From assembly GCF_018977255.1 (NCBI RefSeq), contig NW_024704742.1, forward strand, positions 124,374,001-124,438,000: a stretch of DNA of 64,000 nt, in the 5' to 3' direction. The notes under the pieces were generated by a model. The model had not been told where the DNA came from, did no database searches, and was given only the letters and a program-made list of their open reading frames with translations. This document shows, piece after piece, positions 25,561-36,217 of this stretch; the stretch's first letter is position 1, and each line of letters begins with the position of its first letter. Made by a program: the position numbers and the translations under genes. Source of the stretch: Callorhinchus milii. Taxonomy: Eukaryota.

Positions 25561-28500
25561 AGCTTTGCAGATCACGATCTGCAGTGGCAGGGGTCGGTGT
25601 TTGCTGAGGACATGGTGGCTAAGGAGACGCTCTTGCATTCCCCTCAGCTCTGGTACAGAGTGCAGTTACGGCCAGCATTATTTCCACTCTCCGTACTGTG
25701 TCCTTCCAACCGCCAGCTCCTGCGCTGCCATGGGAGGACGTTCACCAGGGAGGGAGGGAGCGGAAGTTGGAAAGTTGGCTGGGTTAAAATCACCCGCCGG
25801 GCCGGATGTGGCCCTTGGGCCACCTGTTGGACCACACTGAATTAGGTGCAGAACTCATTTCCTTTATAAAGTGAAGTCAATGGCATTTCCTGCACATAGC
25901 CCACATTTGGAGCACCCAGAAAGTGACATTGGCGTCTGCCTGACAACCTGGAAGTCAAACATTTTTCTACACTTTATTATAAGCCAGAGATATTGGACCC
26001 AGACAACTTTGTTCCAATAGGATTGTCTGTAGTTATTGTAGGGACAGAAATTTCAAGGGTTTCTCAGAAACTGTTTTGGTGACTTTTAACATTATGTCTA
26101 GCAGACCATTTTACAAGAAACTGCTAGTTTTACAAGGGAGCTTCAGACATCATAATTGGTTGCCTCCGATAATTTATATTGTGATTTTCACCCTTTGACT
26201 GCCCTTGATATATATATATTGTATGTTTTATTGTGCTCTAGATTGCAATCCATTGTCATTTGTCATTTTTTAAGTTGCACTTCCAAAAGGGAATACTTTT
26301 TCTCACATTATTTTGCAAAATTGCTGAAAAGGCTTTCACCTTTTTTTGATAGATGTTGTGTTTCCCTTGGCAGATGGATTGATGTGCCACATTTGAAACC
26401 TGTATTTTTCATTCTGTTGCAAAATCTACATTAACAAAATTACTTTCTGTGAGCAGTTTGTGTAAAAGCAGTTTTACCAGCAGCTGGGTGAGGTAATGTC
26501 TTGCTATAGACATAACCAAAAGCCATAAAACATGCCATGGCTATGCTTAGATACTGAGTAATCAATATATCAGTAGTGTTTATTAGTGATAGGTATGCTT
26601 TGCCATTACTGTAATAGCACGTCTGTGGAATTAGAACAAAGTATGATCTTGCATATCAATATAAATTCAGATTTTAAAAAAATCCTTTCACTAAAAACTC
26701 AAAACGATATAGCTTCTAAACAATAACACTTCAGATTTGATTTCATGGGAGATTAGCATTAACAGGACTTTTTTTATTTTAAAATACTGTAGAAATGTTT
26801 TGATGATCTTGAATACTACACTGCATCAATATGTTGAGGTGCAATTGGATGATTGTAAATTCTGATTGTTGTGGCAAAGGTGGAATTGGAGGGCAAAATG
26901 ACAAACTCATTCAAGTGTTGACTGTAAAAAATACTTAAATTACTCCATTAAAAAGTGGGAGAAATGAATAGTTATAAGGATATAAATTCCACATACTGAG
27001 TGATGCTTAATAAGATTGTAAATAATAAAAAAAAATGCTACTTAAAAGTTTAGATCCTTCATTCCAGAAGTGTCTGCCCTTCAGCACTAAGCAATACTCG
27101 ACATAATGGCTGCAGTCATCTTGATTTGATATGGTTCAATTGTTGCATTCATGAAAGTCTGGCTCTAAAGTTCTTGATATACAGAGAATACAAATTTTCT
27201 AACTTACACTCCCTTATAGTTCAATTTGATTAAATAAAAGGAAAATGTCTCTTCTTTCTAATGGATTTATTGAATAATGGTCCTGTCTGTTCTGTTATGT
27301 GTACTAACCTAATGCTTCTTGCCTTGAGGAAGAATTCAGTGTTTACAATAGTTCTTGTGGTCAAATGCAATTTTTAACAGACAGACACATTAAAGTAGAC
27401 TGTTCCTTGCGGCAAAAGACAATAGACTGTCGTCTGGTCTATGTTCTTTACTTAAGCTGACAGGTCCTATTTCCTTTTTTTTAAATCCCTCTGTACAAAT
27501 CCAAAATTGTATATTCAATTTTCATGTTTAAAAGAGCATAACCTATATTGCTGATTATAGATGCAGTTAAACCTTCATAAAACAAGGGTTACATTGGAAT
27601 TTTAGTGTATGTATAATGCAGCCCATTTGAGATGAAATGGAATTTATACATATATCACAGCATAGATCAAAACTATGACAGCACTGACTGGGGACACCAT
27701 CTTCACTGCATTTTCTAGACTGAGATGCAGAAACATGATACGAGTTTGTCTAGCCGAGTTTCCCACACACCCTCTTGTTGATTGAAGGCAATGCAATACT
27801 GCAGGGGGAGGGGAGTGCTTGCAACTCAGGCTAGGTGAGAGCAAGTAATGTTTTCATGCCTCAACACTGCATATTAGAATGTGACAAAGACAGTGCTGTG
27901 TCTCCAACAAATGGGGAAAAAATAAGTGCCGTTTGGAGGTCAGGTGTGTATGTACAAGTGGAGAGACAATTATCTCCAAGCTGTGAAGAACAATGCAAAG
28001 AAGCATGGGCACACTGAGTAGATTGTTTTTAAATGTTTTAAAAACTGATATACACAAGGTGTACTTTTAAGAACAGAGCTGTTGGCAATTTTAGGATCTT
28101 TGTCCCGAGCCGTCCATCAAATGGCCGAGGTTTTATTCCAGTACAAATATAGTCTGTTGACTTGATTGCAATGCATAGACGAGAATAGAAACTTTCCACT
28201 TTAATATACTGATTACGTTGCACGACATAAGGCTTAATATGTGACATTCATGTGTAATACTTTCTTTCATCACGTTGAGCATTGCATATATTTCAACAAG
28301 GTCCCATCTGCAACGTGGTTTTTCAAAATTGAAGAACCCTATCTTACCTATAATCATTCCTCACAGCTCAAGCTCATCCCATTTACTAATCGGACATTAA
28401 ATGGTTCAGTGAAAGTTTGTAGGCTTTATGCTAACTATGTAGATCACTCAAAAATGGTCTTGCCATAATTGTTAAGAAATTGTTCAAACTGTAGTTGGTG

Positions 28501-29954
28501 TGTCATTTTATAGACCACTAAAGAACATATCAATGCCTATTATACGCTTCATTTTACATGTCTCTCTTTATAATCTGTTCTGCGCGCATCTCCTGTGACT
28601 GGATAGGGTTGTTGCAGTAAAAATATGTTCTTTTGATATGATGGTATTGTTTCAGAGTTATACGATTATTTGTTCATGACAATTTCGAACAATACTGTTA
28701 CATTAATATATGAAACAAACAGAAGAATTTATAGTTACAGCTGAGAAGGAATCAAAAACATATGAACAACAAAGGAGTAGCAACAAGTTAGCACCCAACA
28801 CCCGTCGCTTTCTATTCTGCCTCTTACCTACCATTCCAGCTCTCTTCCTGACGCACTCCTCGTCAATCAACATGCTGCTCAGCATGAAGAAAGCCTAGGT
28901 GGGAAGTCTGATACAGTGGCTAGGAATGGAAAATTGGCCATCCACCATAAGTTGGTGCCCACCCAAATTTCCATTCCTAGTTACGTGATTGATGAGCAGT
29001 GCTTAGAACTAAAGGGCACAGCAGTAAATCAACAAGAAATGGGTGATAAAACTTATTAATGGACAAGAATTGGAAGCAAAAGCTGTAACGGTGGAAATAT
29101 TGAGAAAAGTTCCAAGGGTTTGAGGTTTGTTTTCCATATAATATATGAAACAAAAACACCCTGAATCTGTCAATGAGACAGCAGGTCTTTAAAAGTGTCA
29201 GTCTGTTGTTCTTTGGGCTTAAAATTCAAAAGCATCAAAATTAATAATAATAATTCTTGCATTTGATATAGTGCCTTACCACATTGTCGAGACATCTCAA
29301 AGTACTTCACAGAGGTGAATTGACAGTATATTTTGTGGGCTTCAATTACTTTTCATATGTATGGAAAAGGTTGGCAATCAAATAGCAGAACAACGAGAAC
29401 CATTGATAGACTTGCATTTTTGTGTAGCTTTTAATCAAAATATATGTCTTTAATAATTGAAGTGATTTTCTAAAATAGCAAATTGAACAGTAGATGGCTT
29501 TTACTAACTGTGCAGATTTCTACTCCTCATTTACTACTGCTGCAGCCTGTTCATGCTCCACACTTCCAACTGGTGGAACCATCGCTCAATGGCTAGAGCT
29601 GTGTCTGAGCTGTGGTAACAATGCTATCATGAATATCATGCTGGAGATGCTGGTGCTTGTTGAATGACAGCCTATTGAAGTTCACCGTATCAATCCTTTC
29701 ACAATTCTAATCACCTCTATCAGGTCCCCTCTCAATCATCTCATCTCCAGAGAGAAAAGCTCCAACCTGTCCAATCGTTGCTGTATCCACTCATCCCTGG
29801 TAACATCCTATAAGATAACAACTTTGTTTGTCCTGGGTTAAAACAACTCTGTTGTCAGTCTCCTGTTTTACTTCAAGCTTAACCACCCCCCACCACACTC
29901 ACATTTCAAGAATTTCCCTTTAAAATTTTCAAATCTTTAGGTATCTTGTAACAC

Positions 29955-30078
29955 TAGGAAATTGAGCCGGATCCTAGCATCCTGCCTGACATTAGCTAAC
30001 TCAGTAGACTCGGGATTAAACCTGCAAGTTTCTTGATTGGCTATTGACTGAATACATTTACTGAGCCATGAAGGGAGA
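29955..30078 (-). mobile_element. Ancient tRNA-derived SINE head (LmeSINE1/AmnSINE2-like); related 3' parts at about 49640-49790 and 51880-52020 (+)
   Basis: Reverse complement contains tggctcagtaa...aggtttaatcccgagtctactgagttagctaatgtcagg, resembling the remembered motif ggtctgtgctgagttagctgatctcag. Confidence 0.4.
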
Positions 30079-30293
30079 AGTGTGAGAATTTTAACACTGC
30101 CTCAGGATTACTTGGCCTGTAAAAGGTGTAAAGTGTCCTATTAAATTCAGATTAGTGAAATTGAACTATTTGGGAAACCAACAATAAGTTGTAAAATAAG
30201 AAAGCCCTGTTTATACAATGTGTACAGATTGTTTCAGTTGTGGTTTACGGCTAACAATTGCCACTGTTGGAATGAAGAGGTCCTGACATCCCA

Positions 30294-30794
30294 GCTTCGG
30301 GACCACATCACTCCCACCCTCGCTCGCCTCCACTGGCTCCCCATCCCCCAGAGGATCGATTTCAAGATCCTCATCCTCACCTACAAGGCCATTCACGGCC
30401 TTGCTCCCTCCTACCTCTCTGACCTACTATCCCCCTACCTACCTGCCCATACCCTCCGTTCCTCTGGCTCCGGTCTGCTCCACATCCCCCGCCCCAACCG
30501 CCCTACCATCGGTGGCCGGGCCTTCAGCCTCTTGGCCCCTAGGCTTTGGAACTCTATCCCCCAGTGCCTTCGCCGCCTCCTCCCTTTCCTCCTTCAAGGC
30601 CGGTCTCAAGACCTTTCTCTTTGACCGAGCCTTCGGCTCCCCTCTCGACTCTCTACACCCTCCTCGCTCCCTCCCTTCCCTCCCCTCACCCTGACCATTT
30701 CTCCCCTGCTCGGATCCTGACCCAACTGTACAGTGGCTTGGGACGTCCTCCTGATGTGAAAGGCGCTCTATAAATGGAATCTTGTTGTTGTTGT
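30294..30794 (+). mobile_element. Young 5'-truncated L2, same subfamily as 41679-42924
   Basis: Nearly identical to the 41679 element from 42364 onward ([31 protein letters not shown]). Ends in aaaggcgctctataaatggaatcttgttgttg. Confidence 0.95.
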
Positions 30795-30879
30795 ATTACC
30801 TGATCTTATACGGTGCTCCCAGCCCAGATAAGCAAAGTTATTAACCCACAATTTCTTATTTTTAATTTTTTTCGGAGTC

Positions 30880-31362
30880 CATGCTGCTATTTGTTAGGTA
30901 AGCGTATCAAGGGATATGGGGCAAGGGCGGGTAAATGGAATTGAGGTTTAGATCTGGAAACTCTGGATCTGGAGTCCTGTAGCTCAGTGGTTAGAGCACT
31001 TGCTTTTCAAGCGAGAAACCTGGGTTCGATTCCTGGCAGGGTGAAACCTTGGGCAAGTTTCCACACTCCACACACCTGATGATAATCCCTCAAGAAAAAA
31101 ACATAATAATAAATCGGTCATTTTCAACCCACGACTGTTTGTGGGACACTGCTGTGCGTAATTGGCTGCCGCATTTCGCCCACAAAATATACAGTAAATT
31201 CACTTTACAGTCTATTCTGTGAAGCACTTTGAAACGTCTAGAAGACGTGAAAAGCGCTATATCAAATGCAAGGATTATTATTATTAGTTCAGCCATGATC
31301 TTATAGAATGGCGGAACAGGCTCGAGTGGCTGAATGGCCTACTCCTGTTCCAATGTTCCTGT
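30880..31362 (+). mobile_element. CR1 3' end split by a SINE insertion (CR1 parts about 30880-30955 and 31288-31362)
   Basis: atcaagggatatggggcaagggcgggtaaatggaattgagg continues after the SINE as cagccatgatcttatagaatggcggaacaggctcgagtggctgaatggcctactcctgttcc, a typical chondrichthyan CR1 tail. Confidence 0.8.
30971..31286 (+). mobile_element. Full-length tRNA-derived SINE (tRNA head, ccttgggcaagt segment, Deu-type 3' part, L2 tail)
   Basis: A box tagctcagtgg, B box ggttcgattcc and an (att)n tail. Collinear with 57352-57680. Confidence 0.92.
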
Positions 31363-31418
31363 GTCTCTAATACAATGTTTTTCCACAAATAAGTGATTTA
31401 TAATGAACATCAGTAGTA

Positions 31419-31833
31419 ATAATCCCTGCATTTGATATAGCTTTGTTAAGTCGTTTCAAAGTGCTTCACAAGAATTACTGTGAAGTGTAGTAACTGTGTA
31501 TTTGTGGGTGAATGCAGCAGCCAATTTGAACACAACAATCTCCCACAACAGCCATAAAGGGAATGATTGATATTATCTGTCATTTGTTGGCCAGGACACC
31601 GGTAGAAACTCCCTTTTCTTCTAATCATGCCATAGGATCTTTAACGACTCTCTGAATGGGTAGACTAGATAAAACTTTAATGTTCTCATTCAAAGAAAAA
31701 CAGTTCTGACAATGCAGTGCTCCCCCAGCACTGCATTGGAGTGCAGCCTAGACTGTGAGCTGAAAGTCCCACTGTGGATCTTGAACCCACAAGTTTCTGA
31801 CTCGGAGGTGAGAATGCTACCAACTGAGCCGTG
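31419..31833 (-). mobile_element. Near full-length Deu-SINE (SacSINE1/AmnSINE1-like body)
   Basis: Minus strand has head ggctcagttggtagcattctc..gggttcaagatcc, Deu core aaagatcctatggca..ccggtgtcctggccaac..aaattggctgc, and an L2-type tail. Confidence 0.85.
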
Positions 31834-32217
31834 TAGCACCTTACTTTCCTCTCTTCTGCATTACTTTCCTTTGCTAAGTTTATTGGCATAAGGGAGGTAC
31901 CTTGTGCTGGAAAGTCTTCTATATTTCCCGGATAACCATATGCATAACAGTTCCGGTAATCATTCTCCAGTACATTGATTCTGATCGTATCCTTCAATGA
32001 ACATTCATTCAGCCCCACAGAGTAAATCATAGGCACTGGAAAACAGTATTTAAAATACAATACTTAGGAGAACTTTTGACTCAAACTGAAAAACACTCAT
32101 AATGTATATTAATTTTTCTAAAGATATCTGTGGTTTCTATAATATGTGTCGGACCCTGTGACACAGGGTGAAACACTGTAATGCAATGTTTTTCTATATA
32201 CTTATTGAATTTTGAAA

Positions 32218-32455
32218 AAAAAGATCCTATGGCACTATTCGAAAAGAGAGAGCAGTTTCTCTGGTATCCGGGCCAACAATTCCCAAATAAAATGGGTCAT
32301 TCACTTCATGGCTGTTTATGGGACGTAGCTGGGCGCAATTGGCTGCCGTATTTACCTACTTGATACACAGTCAGTGAACTTCACAGTAAATCCTGTGAAA
32401 GGCTTTCAGACTTTTTCGGCGACGTGATAAGGAACTGTATCAAATGTAGAGATTC
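32218..32455 (+). mobile_element. 5'-truncated Deu-SINE
   Basis: aaagatcctatggcactattcgaaaagagag...gcgcaattggctgccg...tatcaaatgtag. Confidence 0.8.
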
Positions 32456-32526
32456 TAATTTTCAGTTATAACCAATAAAACAACCCTGATGTAAAAAAAA
32501 TGAAATCGGTGTTTATCCAACAAACA

Positions 32527-32635
32527 CCAGATATAAAAATAGAAGTCTCGAGGAACAGACAGCAGGTCAGGCAGCATCTATGGAGAAAGGAAAGTGAGTC
32601 GATGTTTCAGGTCCACGACCTTTCGTCAGAACTCA
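32527..32635 (-). mobile_element. Short Penelope-like (PLE) terminal-repeat fragment
   Basis: Minus strand reads ctgacgaaaggtcgtggacctgaaacatcgactcactttcctttctccatagatgctgcctgacctgctg. A second copy lies at 48751-48858(+). Confidence 0.75.
32595..32635 (-). ncRNA. Minimal type-I hammerhead ribozyme motif (possibly inactive)
   Basis: UGAGUU-CUGACGA-A-AGGUC GUG GACCU-GAAAC-AUC-GACUCA. It has a 6-bp stem I, an intact CUGANGA/GAAA core, a 5-bp stem II and an NUH triplet, but no monomeric stem III. Confidence 0.75.
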
Positions 32636-35600
32636 AGGTTGCACTAATAGAAGATAAAACTTCAATGGGAAAATTCTGAATAGATAGCTGTATATACAGG
32701 GTGACCAAAACTCTGTGATACCATTACAATGTCAAATAAGTCTAAAGGAAATTATGATATTTGGGGATTTTTTTAGATAATCCTCCCGACATGAAAGGCG
32801 CTAGACAAATGTAATCTTGTTGTTGTTGTATAATAGGGTAGTTATCACGACCTTTTGGCTACTCTGTATTATGGAGCAGATCAAGGCTGTACTATGCTCT
32901 TGGGTTCATATGTAAACTCTTTGAATGTTCCTCTTGCGGTTTATGACGTTATCAAAATCCCTAAAGCACGTTGCAGCCTTCTAGCCCACTGCCAGCTGTT
33001 TATTTTCCATATATACTATCCAGATGGCAAACTGATCTTTTCGAGTTTTCAATTAGAGAACAAAACACGCAGCTAACCCAAAACACGTGTCAGACTTGTT
33101 TGTTGCAGCAATTACAAGATGTAATCGACTATTTCCATATGTTTACTAAGATTTGATCTGCTGTGTGAAATTATTTGACAGAATATTATTGTGTAGTATA
33201 TTATATATGGCCTCCTCAGCCTGAATAGTTTCTTGATTATTAAAGTTTTGGTTTAAAAAAATAGAAAAGCACTTTTGTTTCTTACATGTTCTTGGCAAAC
33301 CTTGTTTCAGCTGAGTATGTTTCCAATCACACACACCACAACCTATTTTTAAATCCACCAAATGTGGAGAATGAAAAGAGCATATTCATACAAGCATTCA
33401 TAGTATTGTGATGCCTTCCTATCTGGTGCTAACTTTCTGAAATACATTTGTTTATAATTCATTGACCCAGAGCAGCAGCAAATTGTGCCCCATACACTTG
33501 CAAAAACTTTTGAACAAATGACAGGAGGAAACCCACATAGAGGAAATATAGATAGTGAATTGCGCTGATTATTTTCTTCAGACAGCTAAGTTAACTTTCA
33601 TTAATGTTTCTGAAAAGACTGCACTTTTTGTATATACAGAAATAGTTGTGAAATGATGTAGCGGTGATCTGGCACACTGGTGCACCAACTAACAATTTGG
33701 AAATGAGAGATGACGTTCATTTCCCCCCACGTTTCGAGATCCTGGCCTCTGCGATGCTGATACATAAAGTACCAATCAGGGATGTGGCCCTTTCCCATTA
33801 GGGCAAGTGAAATGTGGCAGGAAAATCATCATTGACACACTCGAGCGTCAATCTAGGCAGCTGAAGGGAGCAGCATTTTCAAAGGACTGCAAATAGGTTT
33901 GTACCAAAGCACGTGAGCTGGGGGAAAAAGGAAGAACAGAGAGGTTTTATCCTTTAAATTAATTTCTTTTTGCTGGCTCTCACTAAATCTTTTCTTCACT
34001 GTCTCAACAATGTATTAGCTTGTTCGCCAAGAACATGCATTTAATGAACATTTAAAATAAGGCATTTTATTACTTTTTACAGCAGTTAAATGGTTAAATA
34101 AGCTAGACGTTAGACATCTGACTAGACATTTCTGGTATTTCTAAACATTCCTCTTTGTTTTCAGGTACACATCAGTTTTCCTGAATTAAATTTGCTTGTA
34201 CATTCTCTACTCTTGAGTGTTTGTCAATGCCATATTTAATTAAGTGTGTACTCTAGTTAATGAGCAAAGCTGAATGTTTCAATAGGAAAATGCTTTCTAG
34301 TTTGAAGAACTTCTTACATCATTTGTAGCAGAACCAATTTATTCGTCCTTATCCCAGCTAAATAACGTCATTGCATAATAAGCTGTACGGCTCTGAAAAC
34401 TAACATTTTAAGTGGTTAAGCACAAAATATACAGCAGTGCGTCTGTGTGTGTGCGTGTAGTAATACTGTCTTGAGAAAATTATGTATCCTTATATAGCCA
34501 CATTCAAATTGTTCTGTTAATCAGTAGAGCCCCATTAAAACACAACAGTTGGGGTTCCACAAGATTATAAAGGGCACAGTTATCAGTCATGTGCACAGAA
34601 CAACGGCCTGATCCATCAGTGCTTTATAATTCTGGTGGGCATTTGACTAGCATGTAGGAAGCCAAAATGGTTGACTTCCAGGTCATCTGGTTGCTGCAAC
34701 ATCATTTCCTGCGCACCGCAGGCTGGAAGTGAGAACTTCAGCAGCCTGCCGACCCTGAAGTCACCCATTTTGCTTTCTGCCTGCAGGCGAGCACTTTGAA
34801 GCACCCATGTTTTGTAATCTTTAGGTAAGTAAATGGTGGGGTCAAAGCCCAATTGCGCGACTATATTTAGTGATGTTCACTAAGTGAATGTTTGTATTGA
34901 GACATCAATTTATTTTTTGGTTGGTCGATTGTCAGACACATGAAGAATCCCATCACCATGCTTTAGTTTAGAGTATCCAAACCAGACGGAGAGTTCCATG
35001 TATGCCATGTACACGTGCAAATTCCATGTTCGGAATGGAATGCGCATTTTCTTCCCAGAGGGACACTTCCTGCGTCGCTAATTCCGAGAGTATTAGGCGC
35101 AGGCTGATGAGCCAAGGCTTTGGGACCCCAGAGTGTGCAGTGAGGTACTGCTGGAGTTTAGACAGCTAAAACCACGTAGCTAGCCATTGAACGCACAATT
35201 TTCTTGCTGCTTGTTCGTCTAGGATCACCCTGTCCATTAGGTGTTTGGCTTGCTGTGTTAACAGGAGCAGAGTGGGAAGAATCTCTGCCCCACCCACTCC
35301 CCCCAAGTGACTGGTCTGCCTCTCTAAGTCGTACGGTTGGCTGGTCTGTCATCAACAGTGTCCTTGAGTAAACGCTCTGGGACGCTACCCTGCGTGAGGG
35401 CGCTATATAAATGCAAGTTGGTGGTGTTGAGTACTACAAACCCACCCAGCTAATTATGATGGGCTGATGGAATTTGTTGGGGATAAGTACTCTACAGATT
35501 GATATTCAACCAAAGCAGCTTTAATTGTAGTTCTTGTAGTAATTCTGGAGCCAATAGACCAGCCGATCTGTTTCATCGGAAGGAGTCACATGAAAAGTCA

Positions 35601-36058
35601 CTATATAAATTGAAATTTGTATTGTACTGTACAGATATAAGAACAGGATAACCAGCAACTGTTTCTGCCATACACATACTGAACATGAAATCAACAATGA
35701 TTACATAGTGCATCAGGCAATTAATCTCTTTTAGCAGAACCCCACTGTCCTATTGTCTAAATTATGTTTCAGGACTTTAATGGAATGATTTGTACAATAT
35801 TTATCCCTTCCATTTCCAGCAGCCCACCATATTTAGCACTTTGCTGTTGTAATACCACACTTGTGGCCTAATGTTAGCTGTAAGAAAAGCTCAGCCTTCT
35901 CATGACCTCTGTACTGTATGACATCAGTACCATTTGCTTTGAACTAAAGCCTTGTAATTCACTCCCAGTTCTGGGTCAGTCTCTGCGTAATTGTAATTCA
36001 CCCAATCAAAACTCCTGATTTGTTCATGTATTGCTAAGAATGTTCCTTTTCTTGACAG

Positions 36059-36217
36059 ATCAAAAAGTACTTTGAACTGGAACCACTTGCAAGAGGACAG
36101 CGATGGATTCTGCAGCCTTGCTCTACAGATAACATGGATACTGTAAAAGATGGCTTCAATCGGTTCATTAACTTGCTTGAAGAGAATGAACATGAGAACA
36201 TTCCAGCAAGAATATGA
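36059..36217 (+). CDS. ARL15: Last coding exon of ADP-ribosylation factor-like GTPase 15 (52 aa + stop)
   Basis: Acceptor tgttccttttcttgacAG at 36041-36058 with branch-like ctaag upstream. Phase-0 translation is IKKYFELEPLARGQRWILQPCSTDNMDTVKDGFNRFINLLEENEHENIPARI*, matching the vertebrate ARL15 C-terminus as I recall it (human IKKYFELEPLARGKRWILQPCSLDDMDALKDSFSQLINLLEEKDHEAVRM). Missed by the ORF track because it is under 60 aa. Confidence 0.95.
   Translation: MKKYFELEPLARGQRWILQPCSTDNMDTVKDGFNRFINLLEENEHENIPARI

Larger units (their letters stand above)
24535..25839. mobile_element. Non-autonomous hAT element carrying an L2 fragment and a CT-rich tract
   Basis: TIRs cagggtggtcagac ... gttggaccacactg. 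Subterminal gggccggatgtggccc is typical of Charlie-like MITEs. 8-bp flanks gactaggt and aattaggt match at 6 of 8 positions. Confidence 0.75.
1..36058 (+). other. ARL15: 3' part of the large final intron of ARL15 (preceding exon lies upstream of the window)
   Basis: By eye I found no sequence encoding the preceding ARL15 exon (YWSRYYQG...ANHQD) upstream of 36059. ARL15 is known to have very long introns. Confidence 0.75.

Noticed and set aside
24971..25840. 289-aa and 204-aa ORFs
   Set aside because: Artefacts of a stop-poor CT-rich tract inside a MITE; low-complexity L/S/H/P peptide.
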